Notes: generated from the letters alone by a model not told the origin. Positions 40,873 to 55,466 are shown, counted from the first letter of the whole stretch. The stretch is DNA of 63,963 nucleotides, filler included, from Octopus bimaculoides (GCF_001194135.2; 7 parts of 6 records of this genome joined end to end with filler, not necessarily neighbours in it); one strand, 5' to 3'. Program-made: numbers and translations.

Positions 40873-41038
40873 TAGGCGTAGGAGTGGTTGTGTGGTAAGT
40901 AGCTTGCTTACCAACCAGATGGTTCTGGGTTCAACACACTGCGTGGCACCTTGGCCAAGTGTCTTCTACTATAGCCTCGGGCGGACCAAGACCTTGTGAG
41001 TGGATTTGGTAGACGGAAACTGACAGAAACTTGTCGTA

Positions 41039-41087
<49 letters not shown>

Positions 41088-41338
41088 GTATGTATGTATG
41101 TGTGTGTGTGTGTGTGTGTGTGTTGTTTGTGTCTGTGTTTGTCCCTCCAACATCGTTTAACAACTGATGCTGGTGTGTTTACGTCCCCGTAACTTAGCGG
41201 TTCGGCAAAAGAGACCGATAGAATAAGTACTAGGCTTACAAAGAATAAATCCTGGGGTCGATTTGCTCGACTAAAATCGGTGCTCCAGCATGACCACAGT
41301 CAAATGACTGAAACAAGTAAAAGAGTAAAAGAGTAAAG
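40873..41338 (+). mobile_element. Full composite SINE: B head - internal (TA/TG)n - module D - (AGTAAAAG)n tail
   Basis: Complete architecture, also seen at 52085-52510 (+) and 50430-50780 (-). Confidence 0.9.
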
Positions 41339-42449
41339 AGTATTCCAAAGCAATAGAAGAACCATCCATGAACGCACTGGGAACGGGTCTATACAGAGAA
41401 GGTTTTTATATAAACACATAGTTTTATGCGTGCGTACAGACATATACGTTTTTGTATTTGTTATGTATGTGCATGTATGCTTGTAAAACATATGCATATG
41501 TGTGTGTGTAGATGATTTATTAGGATTTTAAAGTCCTTGTACTTACAGAATCAGTCGCATTTCAAGTTGCACTGACGTCAATTCTGAATTCCAACTTTGC
41601 GAATCAATAAATTAGAACTTCAGTCAAGTACTCAGCTTATTATTATGCAAAATTCTCCTCAAACAAAGCTTTCAGCTTTTCATTTTGTTAATAATTATTG
41701 TTTATTTTGAAATATTTGCATCAACGTTTTCGATCTACTTGGTGAAAATCAAATTGATGTATGGAAGAAGAATCTAGCGAAATTTAACCAATTATTGCAG
41801 CCAAGTTTATCCCGTTAATGGCAACCAATATGACGATTTGAAGAGGGTGAAAGGAAATGTTAAGCCCTAAATATTAGTTTCAGTTCCGTCGACAATGTTC
41901 CGCTCAGTTTCTGTCTACGATAAATTACCTGTTCCTGTAGTTCTCTGCAAAAGAATAACTCGGTAATCACATGATTCTAAAGGGAATCGTATTCAAGTAA
42001 TTCTACGTAAGTTTTCCTTCTAATTTTTTTTACTTGCTGAGTATGAAGGGATATTTGTTATCATATTTTGCTTTGTAACAATGCTCCTAATTTAGTATAC
42101 AAACTGGGTTAAATTTCAAGGTTTATCTCTAACCAAGCCTTAATTTTACACCTGATAAGGTATTGTATTAAAACCTATCCTTCCTTTCCTAGAAATAAAA
42201 ATGACTAAGACAAAATTATCCTGTCGATGGATTTCTGCATTTAAACGTTGAAGTATGCGATAGAGGCTGTCTGTGTTATTCTTAATTTATTTTTCTTTTT
42301 TGGTGTGTGTAGCTTGCGATGTAGAACCAATACTATCAATAGTGTAGCTAAGATGTGTGTTAAAAAATTATGCATTCGAATCATTCTGTCGAACAAGGAG
42401 GCTATGTTAGTTACATATAGATTGAAAAGGGGTTTGAACCAGGTTACTT

Positions 42450-42481
<32 letters not shown>

Positions 42482-42735
42482 NNNNNNNNNNNNNNNNNNN
42501 NNNNNNNNNNNNNNNNNNNNNNNNNNNNNNNNNNNNNNNNNNNNNNNNNNNNNNNNNNNNNNNNNNNNNNNNNNNNNNNNNNNNNNNNNNNNNNNNNNNN
42601 NNNNNNNNNNNNNNNNNNNNNNNNNNNNNNNNNNNNNNNNNNNNNNNNNNNNNNNNNNNNNNNNNNNNNNNNNNNNNNNNNNNNNNNNNNNNNNNNNNNN
42701 NNNNNNNNNNNNNNNNNNNNNNNNNNNNNNNNNNN

Positions 42736-42802
<67 letters not shown>

Positions 42803-43004
42803 TGGAATATTATGTAACATATAAAAATACTGCGTCTAATGAGCATCGTTCCAACGTTACTGGCAAATATCGACTCTCCTCAGGTATGTGTATCAATCGA
42901 AACGCTGGATGTTAGTATCGCTTAGCGGGTATCCGTGGACAGAGTTCATAAAATAAACTGCAAGGTTATTCCCTAAATTGAATCAATATAATATATACAC
43001 ACAA

Positions 43005-43175
43005 AGTGGTGAGCTGGCAGAATCGGTAGCATGCCTGGAAAAAATGCTTAGCGGCATTTCATTCGTCTTCGGGTCTTCAGTTCAAATCCGCCAGAATCGA
43101 CCTTGCCTTTCATCAATCGTAATCGATAAAATAAATACCATTTGAGCACTGGGGTCCATGTAATCAGACAACGCT
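43005..43175 (+). mobile_element. SINE family C, diverged
   Basis: ggtgagctggcagaatcggtagc...aaatgcttagcggcattt...cgaccttgcctttcatc. Confidence 0.8.
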
Positions 43176-44988
43176 CTCCTTTACAGTGCTTTGTAAAGAA
43201 GGCGAGAAAGGAGACAGGCAATCATAGACGCGTATGTTTGAAATTTGTATATATATGACTAAATGTGAATCTGCGAACGAACAAGATAGATTAATGACTG
43301 CCAACTAATATCAAAATATGTAATCTCCAGTTATCACAATACCTTCTCTCTACAACAGGCGTTTATTATTAAGTTTATGTTTATCTTCAATACCAGTAAA
43401 AATATTTGCCTCAAATTAAGTCACGGAACTTGACCAGGTATGCCTATGCTACCACATAATTAACATGTTGTTATGCAGAAGTGGAAAGTCACAGACATGG
43501 TGTTGTATTTGAGCTAGGAATACGAATACACATCTTTATAACGGCTGGCATGTATTACACAACAACAACGACAACAGAAGAAACAGACCCAGTAATTCGA
43601 GTTGTAAATCGTTTGCATTAACGCTCCTACTTTTTTTTCTGTGCTCCTCTCATGATAATCATACCATTTGCTTTTTTTGTACAACAAAACATCTTCAAAT
43701 CATTGAGCGATGTAAATATACCGCGTCAAGTAAAACACATACAAGTAACACGCTCGCTCAAAAACAAACACACACACACCACAGTCATACACACACGCAC
43801 ACACAGAATACACACAAGTACATAGAGCTGAAACACCCTATTCTGTAGCTATGAAGCTAAACAATAATTCAAAGAGAATCAATTGATATATTTGCATATT
43901 TATTTGCATGGAAATTCATGAAAGCTCTCATTCAACAGTTTTTTTTTCCTTCAGTCGATCGGTTCAGTAATATCGATCAGACATCTCAGTAAACTTACTC
44001 AGCTTATACATAAACGTTTAACTTCTATAGACGTCATTTACTAACTATATTCATCATTTAGTGCTGTTTCTATCAGCCAGATCGACCTGTTTGATATGGG
44101 GTCCAAATCTCACTCAGATCCAATCCCACAATTTATACAACACAGTTATATTACTTGATATGGTCCGATATACACCAAAGACGACGGACTTTACATAGAT
44201 GCAATGCCATTTATCACAGCAAGATTACCTTTGACATTATATCTATCTATCTATCTATCTATTTATGTGTATGTCTGTATTTCTGTATTTATCGCTCTAT
44301 CTAATACATACATACATACATACATGTGGCTGTGTGGTATTGAAAGACTTCATTTAGAATTCATTTCAGAATTTTTTATTATAAACACTCATTTCTTCAT
44401 CCAACATACCAATTCTCTATTTAATTATGAATTTGAAAAATTAAGTGTCCACCAAAATATAATTCTGCTCGTACAGATTCACTTCACACCCTATGACTGA
44501 CAAAGATAATTATAATTCTTATCACTCAAAGTGCATGTTTACATATTTTAGATGATTCCTCGTGATAAGAATTGAAGTTTGTAGGTTAATTACAATTCCA
44601 TATTTATTTATCAGCATAAAATTTACAGCGTGTAAAACTGTTCAATCAACATTTACAATGATAAAGCTTACATCAACAGTTACCCTTCTTATAAAGTCTT
44701 CTGAAATGTAAATTATATCTTTACTAATCCACGTTTAAATTTACAATTATTATTATTATGCATTTACATGAGAAGCACAATTCATAATTTAAACGCATTG
44801 TACATCTAAAGAAATGATTTTATCTGTTGAACTCAATTCAGATTTTGTTTGTCTAGTAAATCCGATAGCATCGCATATAATGGCCCACTGACCTCCTTAG
44901 GCACATCAGTCTCTCTCGCTCTCCATCTCTTTCTCTCACTATGCCCCCCTCTCTCTCTCAGCATCCCTCTCAATCTCTCGTTATCTCC

Positions 44989-45019
<31 letters not shown>

Positions 45020-45770
45020 AGTTGCGATCTCTCGATCTATATATATATAGTATATATGTGTGTATGTGCATACATGTATAGACATGCCCTGTATGACGAT
45101 GTCCCACTAGACGCAATCTCTCTTCTGTCGAAGCTCTCCAACAACCCATCTTTTCAACACACCTCCCCTACGTATGATCAAGACTCGCTGCAGGCCCCTC
45201 CCACGCTCCGTGTCCTTACATATCAACACTAGCGCCGCCGCCGCAACCACCATATGTATATATATATAGTTTTAGGGAAAAGAACCAAGGTTCATGAATT
45301 CATCGATTAATTGAGATTTTACCTGTAAATTTGGACTTTTATCCCTAATACTATATATATATATATATATATATGAATNNNNNNNNNNNNNNNNNNNNNN
45401 NNNNNNNNNNNNNNNNNNNNNNNNNNNNNNNNNNNNNNNNNNNNNNNNNNNNNNNNNNNNNNNNNNNNNNNNNNNNNNNNNNNNNNNNNNNNNNNNNNNN
45501 NNNNNNNNNNNNNNNNNNNNNNNNNNNNNNNNNNNNNNNNNNNNNNNNNNNNNNNNNNNNNNNNNNNNNNNNNNNNNNNNNNNNNNNNNNNNNNNNNNNN
45601 NNNNNNNNNNNNNNNNNNNNNNNNNNNNNNNNNNNNNNNNNNNNNNNNNNNNNNNNNNNNNNNNNNNNNNNNNNNNNNNNNNNNNNNNNNNNNNNNNNNN
45701 NNNNNNNNNNNNNNNNNNNNNNNNNNNNNNNNNNNNNNNNNNNNNNNNNNNNNNNNNNNNNNNNNNNNNN

Positions 45771-45925
45771 TAATAATAATAATAACAACAGCATCGAAAA
45801 ATACCTTAGGAATGAGAACTCAGGTTCGAAATTTCCCCAAGACACCTAATGAAGACTCGAGAGTATATCAACCGAATCGTTGTGTTAACAACAAACAAGA
45901 TGAGGAAAAATATCCGTCTAATGTA
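45771..45925 (+). mobile_element. Penelope-type terminal repeat fragment with a decayed hammerhead-like motif
   Basis: gacac-ctaatga-agactc...caacc-gaat-cgtt-gtgtt has minimal type I hammerhead order, but two core substitutions. Confidence 0.45.
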
Positions 45926-46569
45926 AATGTACGGATATATATATATATATATATAGATATATACATATATATATATACAGTGAGTGAGGCAACTGCATAA
46001 TTTTTGCTATATCCAACTCCTTCAAAAGGATTTTCATTAATCCATGGTTATATTAGTACTCAACTACAAAAGATTACATTCAGTGGAGTCGAAGTCTAAA
46101 TTACCTTTTTGTGTACCGTATTTCTTATCCCATGCAAACATGGTTAACGTATTTCCCTCTAAACATATCACACAACCCAACCTTTTGACAGAAAATTTAT
46201 GTATATTTTATGTCCCCTTTCCGTTTTCCCCTTAGTTTTGATGTGTATGTTTCAAATTTTTCCATTGACTCTGTTTCCTTATTTCTCCCCACTCTCTCTC
46301 ACTCTGTCTTAATATTTGATCTCTTATTTCTTTTTCTGGGACTTATTTTAACTTATTATCTACTTACTCTGTTTTGTGTTTTGTTCATTTTTTTTTTTAC
46401 TATGTATTTTAAAATTCGGAAATATTATGTTCTTGATATTATCAAAAAGGAACGCTCATAAACCTTAAGGAACTTTAGACACAGAATATCGTACAAGAAA
46501 TAGTTGCAGAACTATTACTACTACTACTACTGTCACCATCACAACTACCACCAGGATGAACACTGCTAC

Positions 46570-47097
46570 TACTTGACAGAGCAAAATATTCTTACGACCA
46601 TAAACCCGAAGGCATCATAGAATATGATAATGCAAAGATCCCGGGGGATTTGAAGATTTGGTGCGACTATGTGATTGAGGATAGGAATCCAGACATAGTC
46701 TTAATAAAGAAAGAAAGCAAACTATGCTGGATCATAGATACAGCATGCCCAGCTGGCAACAAGCTATCCGATAAGGAAGAAAGAAAAGTCGATATAGATG
46801 ACAGGTTAGCTTGGGAGGTTAAGCAGCTGTGGTCGAATAAAAAAGGTGGTAGTAGTACCAATAATTGTCGGAGCCCTGGGAACAGTAAATAAAAATGTTG
46901 ATATGTACATGGAATAAATAGGGGCTGCAATAAAGGTGGTGCACTTGCACAAAACAGCACTGCTTGGAACCGCTAGAATACTCCGGAAGCTGCTCGAAAA
47001 ATAAAGGGTGTTACGTTAGTTCACTGGTAGGGAACAGCTGAGATCGCAGTACATCTCTAGCGTTAGAAGTTGTGCAAAGGCAATAATAATAATAATG
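46570..47097 (+). mobile_element. R4/Dong-like non-LTR element 3' end (REL endonuclease)
   Basis: HKPEGIIE..NAKI...RNPDIVLI...IIDTACP...KEERK...EVKQLW / VVVPIIVGALGTV...KTALLGTARILRKLL, then a short UTR and (AAT)n. Confidence 0.85.
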
Positions 47098-47504
47098 AAT
47101 GTTATAATTACGTTTTCTTTCACTTAATATACACTGATTTTTCACGAAATGATTGGTGTCTGTACGGGTCGACACAATGTGTATGTAGATAAAATGGCAT
47201 TGGAAAAGAAGTGCCAGTAACAAAGAAAGAATATGAAATATTTCTTTTTTAGCTTCGATTCATTAATAAAATTAATTGATCGAAGATTTCAGTTCAATAC
47301 TTTGTATATGTACACAATTTTAACTTTGTGCACTGCCATGATTTAAACTATACGCAAAACGTATTATACTAATATATATATCTATGTGTGTGTATGTGTG
47401 TGTGTTTGTGCGCATGTGTGTGACTGCGTCTCTGTGAGTGCGCGCGCGTGTTTGCTTATGTATGTTCGTGTGTGATAGAGACATAGAGTGCGCATATGTA
47501 TGTA

Positions 47505-47551
<47 letters not shown>

Positions 47552-48713
47552 NNNNNNNNNNNNNNNNNNNNNNNNNNNNNNNNNNNNNNNNNNNNNNNNN
47601 NNNNNNNNNNNNNNNNNNNNNNNNNNNNNNNNNNNNNNNNNNNNNNNNNNNNNNNNNNNNNNNNNNNNNNNNNNNNNNNNNNNNNNNNNNNNNNNNNNNN
47701 NNNNNNNNNNNNNNNNNNNNNNNNNNNNNNNNNNNNNNNNNNNNNNNNNNNNNNNNNNNNNNNNNNNNNNNNNNNNNNNNNNNNNNNNNNNNNNNNNNNN
47801 NNNNNNNNNNNNNNNNNNNNNNNNNNNNNNNNNNNNNNNNNNNNNNNNNNNNNNNNNNNNNNNNNNNNNNNNNNNNNNNNNNNNNNNNNNNNNNNNNNNN
47901 NNNNNNNNNNNNNNNNNNNNNNNNNNNNNNNNNNNNNNNNNNNNNNNNNNNNNNNNNNNNNNNNNNNNNNNNNNNNNNNNNNNNNNNNNNNNNNNNNNNN
48001 NNNNNNNNNNNNNNNNNNNNNNATATATATATATATATATATAATACAAATAGTAAAAAAAATGTGTACATATATTTACACATACACACACTCACGCATA
48101 TGTGTGTATATACATGTATATGCATATAATATGTTTGTATATTTATATACATACACTCATACATATATACATGTGTCGATGTGTCTGTGTGTCTGTGCGT
48201 CCGTTTGTGCGCGTGTAAATATATGTACACAGTTTGTACTATCTGGCCTTATAATGTTATCAGAGATAATACACAAAAGGCATCATAAAACTTAGGTTTG
48301 TATAATTTCTTAAGAATATTATTTATAGGTGGCAGGACTGATATGTGTTGCTCTTTGTTCTATATTGTTGCGTTTTTTTTTTTGTAATTTTATATATCCA
48401 TGGATGCGTGTGTGTGTATTGATATCTAAATATCTAAATATTTTAGAACCTAAATACAATCTACCAACGACAACTGCGTCATCACTAAGAACAACTACAA
48501 CCACGACGACAACAATAACAACATCGCAAACATCCTGTATGCAAACGTTTTTCTTTCCGATTTTATTTCATTTGATATTATTTTTAATTGTTATTTTTTC
48601 TTTTTATAATTGTTGTTGTTATTATCATTACTTTTATCATTATTACTACTACTGCCATCATCAATATTATCATCATCATCACCATCATCATGATCGTTAT
48701 TTTTGTTGTTGTG

Positions 48714-48775
<62 letters not shown>

Positions 48776-48876
48776 CNNNNNNNNNNNNNNNNNNNNNNNN
48801 NNNNNNNNNNNNNNNNNNNNTTAATTAATTAANNNNNNNNNNNNNNNNNNNNNNNNNNNNNNNNNNNNNNNNNNNN

Positions 48877-49100
48877 ACACAAGTGGGTTCTAAAAATTTC
48901 CTGGTTTTGGATAAAAGAAAATACACACAGGAAGATCAGTTAATTATGATTTTTTTTCACCATATTCTCCTCTCAGATTCACACACTTATTGCAGTAGTC
49001 CTTTAGTTTTTCTAACCCCTATAAAAGAACATGGAAGGTTAGGTCTCTAACCAGGCCTTTCACAACACCATTAAAGCCAAGAACTTTTCAGCATATCTCA
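48877..49100. mobile_element. Probable mariner-derived MITE fragment
   Basis: Composition and terminal text resemble non-autonomous mariner ends; cut by a gap. Confidence 0.35.
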
Positions 49101-49379
49101 TATGTGTATACACACACACACATATCATTTGTATGATGTGGAAAATATTCCAACAGCACTGCACAAATTATGTTGGCATCCACTGTAAAAATTCACCAGG
49201 GGCTTGATCCCTGTGCTTTCTATTCATCAGCATTATCATCATTGTGATCGTTTAACATCCGTTTTCCATGTTGGCATGGGTTGGATGGTTTGACTGAGGT
49301 CTGGAGAGCCAGCGGCTGCACCAGGCTCCAATCTGATCTGGCAATATTTCTATTATAGAACATTTATGGTGCATTTTAG

Positions 49380-49595
49380 AAAAAACAAGTAAGGAGTCAA
49401 TATCTTCCACCATCATCACTACAAGAACTGGAGACTGTTTTAGCTGAAGAATGGACAAAAATTCTTTTGGAAATAATTCAAAACTTTGTACGAGTCCATA
49501 TCTTGTAGAATTCAAGCTGTAATTACTGCCAAATATTAAAATAAATTTGTTTGAAATTCTAAGGTGTTTCCATTATTTTGTCCAATCCCTCTATA
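49380..49595 (+). mobile_element. Tc1 3' end remnant
   Basis: EEWTKILLEIIQN...RIQAVITAK, plus a TIR-like ggtgtttccattattttgtccaatccc. Confidence 0.7.
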
Positions 49596-49984
49596 TACTC
49601 TTTTACTCTTTTACTTGTTTCAGTTATTTGACTGCGACCATACTGGAGCACCACCTTTAGTCGAACAAATCGATCCCCCCCCCCCAACTGTCTTTATGAA
49701 TGGTGAGTAATCTTTTCTACTCGAGGTACAAGGGACCTGAAATTTTATGGGAGGGGGTTAGTTGATTAGATCAACCTCAGTATGCAACTGGTACTTAATT
49801 TATTGACCCCAAAAAGATGAAAGGCAAAGCTGGCCTCAGCGGAATTTGAACTCAGAATGTAAAGACAGACAAAATACCGCTAAGCATTTTGTCCAACTTG
49901 CTAAAGTTTCTGCCATCACACCACCTTAATAATACAACACATCAGACCAGGGAACTTTGTACTAAAACAGATAATAAATTATCA

Positions 49985-50030
<46 letters not shown>

Positions 50031-50429
50031 CATTATTATTATCATTGATGGTGAAATATAGGCAGCAAGGAATTGTTAGGCTAACAAGGACACAAGTGGC
50101 TTTAATCTGGTCAGCTGTTACTATATATTGAACTGTGCTACAACAGGCCATAGAATGGAACTATCAGCTGATCTGTTTGAGAAAGAAATTTGGCTCAGCT
50201 TCAACAAAGGCTTCAACCTTTGACCTCTTTTATTTATTTATGTATTTATTTATGTACTTATTCACTTCTTTATCTTTTACTTATTTCACTCGGTAGACTT
50301 GGCCATGCTGGGGCACTGCCTTGAAGAGTTCTTAGTCAAATGAACTGACCCCAGTACTTATTCCTATGAAGCCTGATGCTTACTCTATCGAATTCTTTTG
50401 ATGAACTGCTAAGTCACAGGAATGTAAAC

Positions 50430-50885
50430 TGTGGCTATGCTGGAGCACCACCTTTAGTCAAACAAATCAACCCCAGGACTTATTCGTTGTAAGCCTAGTA
50501 CTTATTCTATTGGTCTCTTTTGCTGAACTGCTAAGTTACAGGGACGTAAAACACACCAACATTGGTTGGGGAGACAAACACAGAGACACACACACACATA
50601 CACACACACACATATATACGACAGGTTTCCTTCAGTTTCCATCTACCAAATCCACTCAAAGGCTTTGGTTGGCCCAAGGCTACAGTCGAAGACACTTGCC
50701 CAAGGTACCATGCTGTGGGACTGAACCTGGAACCATGTGGTTGGGAAGCAAGTTTCTTACCTCACAGCCATGCCTGTTGTCATGTAGTGGGACTTTATAT
50801 ATATACCTTTCAGATGCCATGCAGTGGGACCGAACCTGAAACCATGTAACTGGGAAGCAAGCTTCTCAACCACACAGCCATGCTT
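50430..50885 (-). mobile_element. Composite SINE (D - (CA)n - B) with an extra partial head
   Basis: Reverse of the 40873-41338 architecture; head duplicated at about 50812-50885. Confidence 0.85.
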
Positions 50886-51714
50886 TTAAGAGCCAAAAAT
50901 CCATTCATTAAATCCAAATTTATTAGAATGTGCATTATATCGGATAGTAATGTCAAATCTAATAGATGAAGGCTAAAAATCACCAATCACAATTGAATAT
51001 GAAAGAATTAAAAAATGAATAAAGTGTTGCATTAGAATTAGACAATGAGCTTTTGTCAATCGTGAGAAATTTTCAGATGGAAAAGCTTGATGCTATTGCT
51101 AGTCCTATTGCTACATTAGGCATGATTCTTCCTTTTATGAGATTCCTATCTGACTGCCTTGTACCATTGAGCTGATTTATTTGTGTGCAACAATCGACTG
51201 CAAGCTGTCTTTTGTGATACACCAGATCGGTATTATAACAGGAGCTGTAGTGAATTAGTATAACTGTTTTAGAGATATAAGAGATGTAAGTGGTGCAGTT
51301 GTGGCTGTATGGTTGAGAAGCTTGCTTTCCAATTCTCTCAGAGTCAATAAATTAAGTACCAGTTGCGTATTGGCGTCGATCTAATCCACTGCCCCCCCCC
51401 CACTCCTCAAGAATTTCAGGCCTTGTACCTAGAGTACAAAAGAATATATTTTGAAATGTTTTAACTGAAGAAGGTCTTATGTGATGAATACATTTCCAGT
51501 CATATTTTATGCAGATGTGAAATGTGTATTAAATGATTTTAAAATATCATTATTTGGCTTCACTTCATTGTTACAATGTAAATCACTCAATATGAGTACA
51601 AGCTTGTTGGTTTAGATACCACTTATGCAGATACTCTAACATTTTGGAGTAGTTTGTTATGTTTAACTTAAGTTGAAAATTCTGCTATCTTGCATTGCTT
51701 CTTAACGTAATACA

Positions 51715-51749
<35 letters not shown>

Positions 51750-52084
51750 TAAAAATGAATAGAAATGATGATTTTTCTGATAATTTTTCTACTTTATAAA
51801 CATTTAATCATTAAAGTGGAAAAATTATCAGAAAAGCCATTTCTATTCATTTTTTCAAATATATAATACTGTACCAAGGATTTTCTGTTTCTTATTTTAC
51901 TATATATGCATCATCATCATCATCATCATCATCATCGCCAACATCCTATGAACCAGTCGTAACTATCATTATCTACTGGGTTGGTGCATAATCGTCGTGG
52001 CTTTATTTCAACAAATTTTATTCATCATCATCATCATCACCACCATCACCACCACTGATACATTCTTGTTACTTATTTGCTAGG

Positions 52085-52510
52085 GGGAGTGGCTGTGTGG
52101 TAAGTAGCTTGCTTACCAACCACATGGTTCTGGGTTCAGTCCCACTGCGTGGCACCTTGGGCAAGTGTCTTCTACTACAGCCTCGGGCCGACCAAAACCT
52201 TGTGAGTGAATTTAGTAGACGGAAACTGAAAGAAGCCCGTCATATATACATGTGTATGTGTGTGTGTGTGTATACGTGTGTGTGTGTGTGTATGCGTGTG
52301 TGTGTGTGTGTATGTGTGTGTATGTTTCTGTGTCTGTGTTTGTCCCCCACCATCGCTTGACAACCAATGCTGGTGCCCGTAACCTAGTAGTTTGGCAAAA
52401 AAGTCTGATAGAATTAGTACTAGGTTTACAAAGAATAAGTCCTGGGGTCGATTTGTTCAACTAAAGGCAGTGCTCCAGCATGGCCGCAGTCAAATGACTG
52501 AAACAAATTA
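52085..52510 (+). mobile_element. Full composite SINE: B - (TG)n - D
   Basis: Same architecture as 40873-41338. Confidence 0.9.
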
Positions 52511-52869
52511 AAGAATATACGATAAGTTTCTTTCAGCTTCTGTCCACCAAAACCAAACCCGTTCACAAGGCTTTGGACAGCTTGGTGCTGTGGTAGAAGA
52601 CACTTACCCTCAGTGCCATGCAGTCCGATTGAACCCAAAACTATCTGGTTGAGACAGAAATCTCTTAACCACACAGCTACACATGTGGCTGATCACACCA
52701 ATCCACTGCCTGATGCTATAGTTCTTTACTTATCCACTGTACAGGGATGAAAGGTATAGCTGAGCTACAGCAGGATTTGAATTGAGAATGCAAAACATTG
52801 AAATAAATACAACAAGGTATTTTAGTCTAATGTTTTAATGGTTTTGCTTTCTCACCAATTGCCAGTACC

Positions 52870-53171
52870 ACCAGACTGGCTCTCGTGCCGGTGGCACGTA
52901 AAAAGCACCCACTACATTCTCGGAGTGGTTGGCGTTAGGAAGGGCATCCAGCTGTAGAAACTCTGCCAGATCAGATTGGAGTCTGGTGTAGCCATCTTAT
53001 TTCTTATTTCTTTATTGCCCACAAGGGGCTAAACATAGATGGGACAAACAAGGACAGACAAACGGATTAAGTCGATTACATCAACCCCGGTGTGTAACTG
53101 GTACTTAATTTATCGACCCCGAAAGGATGAAAGGTAAAGTCGACCTTGGCGGAGTTTGAACTCAGAACGTA
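52870..53171. mobile_element. Module E (+) abutting SINE C (-), tail to tail
   Basis: gtgccggtggcacgtaaaaagcacc...agggcatccagctgtagaaac, then cttatttctttattgcccacaagggg...tcgaccccgaaaggatg. Confidence 0.8.
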
Positions 53172-53716
53172 NNNNNNNNNNNNNNNNNNNNNNNNNNNNN
53201 NNNNNNNNNNNNNNNNNNNNNNNNNNNNNNNNNNNNNNNNNNNNNNNNNNNNNNNNNNNNNNNNNNNNNNNNNNNNNNNNNNNNNNNNNNNNNNNNNNNN
53301 NNNNNNNNNNNNNNNNNNNNNNNNNNNNNNNNNNNNNNNNNNNNNNNNNNNNNNNNNNNNNNNNNNNNNNNNNNNNNNNNNNNNNNNNNNNNNNNNNNNN
53401 NNNNNNNNNNNNNNNNNNNNNNNNNNNNNNNNNNNNNNNNNNNNNNNNNNNNNNNNNNNNNNNNNNNNNNNNNNNNNNNNNNNNNNNNNNNNNNNNNNNN
53501 NNNNNNNNNNNNNNNNNNNNNNNNNNNNNNNNNNNNNNNNNNNNNNNNNNNNNNNNNNNNNNNNNNNNNNNNNNNNNNNNNNNNNNNNNNNNNNNNNNNN
53601 NNNNNNNNNNNNNNNNNNNNNNNNNNNNNNNNNNNNNNNNNNNNNNNNNNNNNNNNNNNNNNNNNNNNNNNNNNNNNNNNNNNNNNNNNNNAACATTTCA
53701 GTGGGAAAAAACCACA

Positions 53717-53725
53717 TGATGTTGC

Positions 53726-53807
<82 letters not shown>

Positions 53808-54060
53808 AACAACAATGATGAGGTTGAGGAGGATGAAGATGAGGAGGAAAATGGCAAGGATGATGATGATGATGTTGATGATGAGAAGGAGGATGACGAT
53901 GATGATGGCGATGATGACAATGATGATGTTGATGTTTGTGATGACGATAAAGCTGATGATGATGTTGATGATGACAATGATGATGTTTGTGATGATGATG
54001 ATGATGATGATGATGATGTTGACAACGGCAATAATGATGCTGATTGGTGATGAAGTAGAG
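53717..54060 (+). repeat. (GCT)n/(GAT)n degenerate trinucleotide tract
   Basis: Seen directly; a similar tract lies at 14700-14805. Confidence 0.95.
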
Positions 54061-55299
54061 AAAAAAGGAAGAAGGTGATGATTACAAAGTAAACAAAAAC
54101 AAACAAAAAAACAAAAGTGAACACCATTTTAAAATATGTTTAAATGACTGAAAATTATGCAAATAAACAGGGCAATGGCTGGCAAAGTCACAAGAATATT
54201 GGGCAAAATGTTTTGTAGTATTTAGTTACATTAGTTAAAGCACTCCATGGCTTGGGTTCAAATCACACTGCAGTCAACATTTGGTGGTGGTGGGGTTAAT
54301 AAAATAAATATTATTGCAGAACTGGGTTGATCTAATCAACTATAATTTCCACCCCATCCTATCTACCCAAATTTGTGGCATTGTGTTTAGGTTAGAAATC
54401 AATGGCTAGAAATATGAGCATCACAACTCGATTCTCTGACCCTGGCTATATTTCCTCATTGATTTTTATTTTTATGAACAACAAATATGTATTAAACTAG
54501 ATTGGTTATATAATTTATGGATAATAACCACAAATGTAGATATTCACATGAAATATTCAACAGACAGACATAACATCAGAATTGGCTTAAAACTGCAAAA
54601 AAAAAAAAAAAATCAAAAATAAACCCAAAATAAAATGTAAAATTTAGAACCAAAAAACAGGTTAGTAAAAAATATAAATAAAACCAATGCAAAATTACTG
54701 GAACATGCAAAAATCCTAGAAAAGAGCGAAAAAATAAATTAGTGATTATATATTTAAAAAACAAAAATCACATTTGTTTACACTTTTAGATATTTTTTTA
54801 GAACTATGGCCAAGAACTGGAATTTAAAGGTCAAAGCGTGTAGTAGAATATAATAATAAATCAATGATTTTTTTTTCATTATCTATTTATTTATTTGTTT
54901 ATTTTGTGATAATAGGGAATTTATTAACGTGTTTTTTTTTTGCTTGTTACTGCTGTTGTACAGAGCAAGGAGGACTGATTGAGGAAAACAAATCTGGTCG
55001 GTGGTCTNNNNNNNNNNNNNNNNNNNNNNNNNNNNNNNNNNNNNNNNNNNNTTAATTAATTAANNNNNNNNNNNNNNNNNNNNNNNNNNNNNNNNNNNNN
55101 NNNNNNNTGTGTGTGTGTATTTGCGTGTGCGTGTGTGTGCTTCTGTGTGTATGTATTTACTTGCGTATACAGAATTTCACTTTCACATACACATCTAGAT
55201 GTGTATTTACGTACACACGCACACAAACACAAACACACACATACAGACAAATACAGAAAAACACAGGCGCACAAACACAAACACACACGCACATGTATG

Positions 55300-55392
<93 letters not shown>

Positions 55393-55426
55393 ACGTACGC
55401 ATAAATGTATATTGAAAGATAGATAA

Positions 55427-55466
<40 letters not shown>

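Noticed and set aside
51070-51262. Minus open frame ILIHYSSCYNTDLVYHKRQLAVDCC after an acceptor-like site
   Set aside because: No homology recognised and no convincing donor.
53146-54127. Poly-Met / poly-Ser ORFs (reflectin-like at a glance)
   Set aside because: Pure (GAT)n microsatellite with no reflectin motif.
54963-55007. Plus acceptor followed by QGGLIEENKSGRWS
   Set aside because: Truncated by a gap; too short to support.
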